Source: an uncultured Nitrososphaerota archaeon
GTDB taxonomy: Archaea > Thermoproteota > Nitrososphaeria > Conexivisphaerales > DTJL01
NCBI GenBank assembly: GCA_963842885.1
Contig: CAWJIE010000005.1
Location: 384,001-448,000 of the forward strand
Length of the DNA stretch: 64,000 nt
Reading direction: 5' to 3'
Position numbers and translations under genes: made by a program. Numbering within the stretch: position 1 is the stretch's first letter; every line of letters begins with the position of its first letter. The notes under the pieces are model-generated. The model was not told where the DNA came from. It ran no database searches and was given only the letters and a program-made list of their open reading frames with translations. Positions 60,413-64,000 of the stretch are shown here, piece after piece.

Positions 60413-61606
60413 CTATATGATGGAGAGAGCCCTGCCCACCTTCTCGAACTTCGAAAGGGCGAAGTCGAGGTCCCCGACGGTGTGGCCTGCGGTCACGATG
60501 GTCCGAACCCTTGCCTTGTCCTTCGAGACCATGGGATAGACGATGGGCGTGACGAAGACCCCCTCGTCGAAGAGCCCCTGCGCCAGCGCCTGGGCCTTTC
60601 CGCTCTCTCCGACGATAACGGGGGTTATCGGGGTCTGGCTGCGGCCGGTGTCGAAACCCAGCTGCCGGAGACCCTTCTTGAAGTAGTCGGTGTTCCCCCA
60701 CAACCTCTCGAAGAGCTCCGGATGCCTCTGCACGTAGCGGACAGCAGCGAGGTTGGCCGCGGCGACGGCGGGGGGGTGCGAGCCCGAAAGGAGGAACGGT
60801 CTTGCCTTGTTGAAGAGGTAGTCGCAAAGGAACCTGCTGCCGGCTACGTACCCGCCGACGCAGCCGAAGGCCTTGGAGAAGGTCCCCATCTCCACGTCGA
60901 CCTTCCCCTGAAGCTTGAAATGGTTCACCGCGCCTCGCCCCAGCTCGCCCAGGACGCCTTCGCCATGGGCGTCATCGACGTAGGTCATGGAGGAGCTAAT
61001 CTCAGCCAGCTTGACGATGTCGGGTAACGGCGCGATGTCGCCGTCCATGCTGAAGACAGCGTCCGTCACGATTAGCACCCGCCGAAAGGACCGCGTCCCT
61101 TCGAGGGCCTCCCGAAGTGAATCCATGTCGCAGTGTTTGTAGACCTTCCGCTCAGCCTTGCTCATCCGGATGCCGTCTATGATGCTGCCGTGGTTGAGTT
61201 CGTCGCTTACGGCGACGTCGCCTTCGCCGATGAGGGAAGGGATGACCCCGAGGTTAGTCGTGAAGCCGCTCTGGAACGTAATCGTCGCCGGGGCCTCCTT
61301 GAACTTCGCCAGCTCCTCTTCGAGCTGAACATGGAGGCTCATGGTCCCAGAAATGACCCTGACGGCACCGGAGCCGACGCCGAATTCAGCCACGGCCTTG
61401 ATGGCTTCCAGCTTCAGCTCTGGGTTATTGGCCAAGTTGAGGTAGTTGTTGCTGCAGAGCAAGAGCTCCTTCCTGCCATCGACGGTGACCCATGTATCGG
61501 ATGGGCTCTCCAGAACGCGCTTCCTCCACAGGAGGTCTCCAGCAGCCATCTGATCCAGTTCCGCCTTTGCGATTAGATCGACGTCGTCCTGACGAGGGCT
61601 AGACAT
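60413..61606 (-). CDS. kbl: Glycine C-acetyltransferase (2-amino-3-ketobutyrate CoA ligase)
   Basis: SNNYL.LA, SDELNH.SIIDG, FSMDGD, DDAHG.G, GTFSKAFG, RPFL.S; divergent from tdh. Confidence 0.9.
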   Translation of the reverse strand: MSSPRQDDVDLIAKAELDQMAAGDLLWRKRVLESPSDTWVTVDGRKELLLCSNNYLNLANNPELKLEAIKAVAEFGVGSGAVRVISGTMSLHVQLEEELAKFKEAPATITFQSGFTTNLGVIPSLIGEGDVAVSDELNHGSIIDGIRMSKAERKVYKHCDMDSLREALEGTRSFRRVLIVTDAVFSMDGDIAPLPDIVKLAEISSSMTYVDDAHGEGVLGELGRGAVNHFKLQGKVDVEMGTFSKAFGCVGGYVAGSRFLCDYLFNKARPFLLSGSHPPAVAAANLAAVRYVQRHPELFERLWGNTDYFKKGLRQLGFDTGRSQTPITPVIVGESGKAQALAQGLFDEGVFVTPIVYPMVSKDKARVRTIVTAGHTVGDLDFALSKFEKVGRALSII

Positions 61607-61712
61607 TGGGAGAGTCAACCCAGGAGAGATATTTATCGTTAATCGGCGACGCTCGCAGGGCTGGCGTTCTTGTAAAAACTATAAATGTGAACCCCCGTTC
61701 CTCCAAATCGGC

Positions 61713-62745
61713 ATGAAGGCCGTAGTCAAGGCCAGGCCTGCGTACGGCGCCGATTTCTTGGATGCGCCCGAACCTTTCATCAACAAGCACGAAGTTCTGG
61801 TGAAGGTTCGCGCGACCAGCATCTGCGGGACCGATGTCCACATCTATGATTGGAACGAATGGGCTGCAGCGAGAGTCAAGCCTCCATTGGTCTTTGGACA
61901 CGAGTTCGCAGGTGAAGTCGTGGAGGTGGGGAAGGATGTGAAGGGGCTTGTCGTCGGGGACAGCGTTTCCGGCGAGACCCACATACCATGCCAGAGGTGC
62001 GAGCAGTGCAGGACCGGGAACTACCATATCTGCGAGAACGTCCTTCTGAGGGGAGTCGACGTTCAGGGATGCTTCGCTGAGTTCGTCGCCCTGGACGAGG
62101 CGACCGCCTGGCGCAACGACAAGAGCATCTCCTTTGAGGTGGCTTCGGCGCAGGAGCCGCTGGGCAACGCTGTCCATACGGTGTTCAGCGGGGGCGGGGT
62201 CGAAGGGAAGACAGTGGCCATCTTCGGCTGCGGACCCATCGGTATCGCTTCGGCGGCCCTCTGCAAGGAGTCCGGAGCTGAGAAAATATTCGCCGTGGAC
62301 ATTTCGGACTACAGGCTGAAGCTTGCCCTGGAGTTCGGAGCGACGCACTCCATCAACGCGAAGGCGTCCGACCCCGTCAAGGAGATAATGCGCCAGACCA
62401 ACGGGCGCGGCGTCGACGTGTTCCTCGAGATGGCCGGCACGGCGGACACCATCAAGCAGGGCCTGAAAGTCCTCCGCTCGGGTGGAAGGGCCTCGATGCT
62501 GGGGCTCCCATCAGAGGCCCGTAGAGATCGATTTCTCGAACGACATCGTCTTGAAGATGGTGAACATGCAGGGCATCTACGGGCGAAGGCTCTATTCGAC
62601 GTGGTACACCGTGGCGTCGTATCTAAGGTCGGGTAGGATAGACCTCTCCAAGCTCATCACCCACCGGTTCAAACTCGGTGAGTACCAGAAGGCATTCGAC
62701 CTGATGAAATCGGGACAGAGCGGGAAGATTGTCATGACGCCCTGA
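61713..62745 (+). CDS. tdh: L-threonine 3-dehydrogenase, frameshift near 62515
   Basis: ICGTD.HIY.W..WA, GHEF.G, SGETHI.C..C..C, EPLGNAVHT, G.GPIG, GI.GR, ITHRF, SGK. Confidence 0.93.
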
Positions 62746-62998
62746 ACGCAGGCTCGTCTCAATCATCATCCGTTCTCATTCCGAAATCGACGAGCTTCAG
62801 AGGTCAAATCGAGGCGACCCTTTTGCACTCGACCCTAGACCTCACCGCATAAGAACCGACGTCGGGCTTTCGTATCTGGGAACTCGGCCTGGCCGTCTTG
62901 AATTGCGCCCGCGATGCCTCTCGGCCGGACCGGGCTCGCCTATTATTCCTCCTGCTTCGGCTCACGGCGGATTCGTCGTGCCCGAGGTCAGGAGCACT

Positions 62999-63217
62999 CT
63001 ACCCTGGAAGGTCGTAGCCTTCGTAGAGCGCCGAGCTGTCGTCCACGAACACGTCCTTGAGACAATCGCGAGCCAGCGCCTTCATCTCCTCGTCGAAGAA
63101 CTTGGAATGCTTGACCAGCGTTTCGAAGGCGTGTAACTTCTCCTCCTCTGAAAGGCTGACGAAGTACTCCTTCACTTTCGGCTCATCCATCTCCAGAATC
63201 TCTCTTATGCCAACCAA
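62999..63217 (-). CDS. Small acidic hypothetical protein
   Basis: 72-aa helical ORF; TTTTATA near 63260 and GAGG upstream. Confidence 0.55.
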   Translation of the reverse strand: MVGIREILEMDEPKVKEYFVSLSEEEKLHAFETLVKHSKFFDEEMKALARDCLKDVFVDDSSALYEGYDLPG

Positions 63218-63388
63218 TTCGGATGCCCTGGCCTTGCCCCCTCATGTCTCCTTACACATATAAAACGATACTGGGGGGCATCCAGACTCCGTCGGCGTCA
63301 GCGGACCAACGTCGCCGGGTGGGTATTCCAGTGCGCCCTGGTGCATAAACCTCAAATAACCTCGGCGACAACACTATTCTGAGTCAAT

Positions 63389-63797
63389 ATGTCCAAGATA
63401 ACTGACCTTCTCAACAAAGCCGCGGCTGGCGAACTGCAGGCCGTGATTCAGTACATGTGGCAGCATGTCATGGTCAGAGGCCTCACGAGCCCTCAGGTGG
63501 CGGATGTCTTGAGGAGCACGGCCATCGAAGAGATGAAACACTACGAGAAGATAGCTGAGAGGTTGGACTACTTGGGCGCAGTGCCCACCACCCAGCCTGA
63601 CCCTATAGTTCGCAGCAAGAGCACGAAGGCCATGCTCGAAGGACGATATCAAGGCTGAGGAGGACGCCATCATACTCTACAAGCGCATTCTTGAGGTCTC
63701 GATGAAAGAGAAGGATTACGCGACGTACGAGCTCTTCGAGGACATCGAGGCCGACGAAGAAGAGCACCACCACGCGTTCCTCACCCTGATGGAGTAG
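63389..63797 (+). CDS. Bacterioferritin/ferritin-like protein, frameshift near 63640
   Basis: EL.A..QY..QH, EEMKH..IAER..YLG..P, EE.AI..Y, DEEEH. Confidence 0.88.
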
Positions 63798-64000
63798 GTC
63801 CGCCGCCCAAGAGCACCTCACCCCAGAGCGGACATCGCGCCAACCGGTGCCTGTCAGTACGACCTGAGCGTCGACCTCCTAGGCATCGGCCTCGATCGTG
63901 CTGCGATGAGCACGCTCATGGGGCCATATGAGGCGCCTCTCCCAGGGCTGTGCAAGGTTGAGGGGCATCCTTATGTGCGGGGGTTGTCCCCCAAGGACGA

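Noticed and set aside
1-64000. tRNA, rRNA or CRISPR arrays
   Set aside because: No cloverleaf, rRNA motif or regularly spaced repeats seen by eye; split or intron-containing tRNAs and small guide RNAs could be missed without covariance models

Overview
A GC-rich (about 60% by eye) archaeal chromosomal segment. eS25, TFB, two aIF1 genes, deoxyhypusine synthase and an EndA carrying the Cren/Thaumarchaeota-type loop point to a TACK archaeon, most plausibly a deep-branching Nitrososphaerota (inference). Most genes are housekeeping or metabolic: a sugar-nucleotide operon, apgM, cysS, NfnAB, pncB/nadE, purA/purB, kbl/tdh and a ferritin-like protein. About 20 genes are broken by single-base indels, including core biosynthetic ones, which points to assembly error, so many boundaries are approximate. 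The main accessory feature is a 2.92-kb cargo-carrying transposon (30111-33030). It has 64-bp terminal inverted repeats, a SWIM + Zn-ribbon + IS6-type DDE transposase, an AbrB-like regulator missed by the ORF track and three unknown cargo genes. It has no target-site duplication and sits between two back-to-back TATA boxes upstream of TFB. Other leads: a 45-aa hydrophobic peptide gene in a putative signalling cluster (47.3-52.1 kb), a probably inactive GH57 divergent from an atypical GalT, two dCTP-deaminase-family paralogs with complementary catalytic losses, and apparent ACG/CTG/ATA starts alongside two aIF1 paralogs. No rRNA, tRNA or CRISPR array was found. All family assignments come from motif recognition without database searches.
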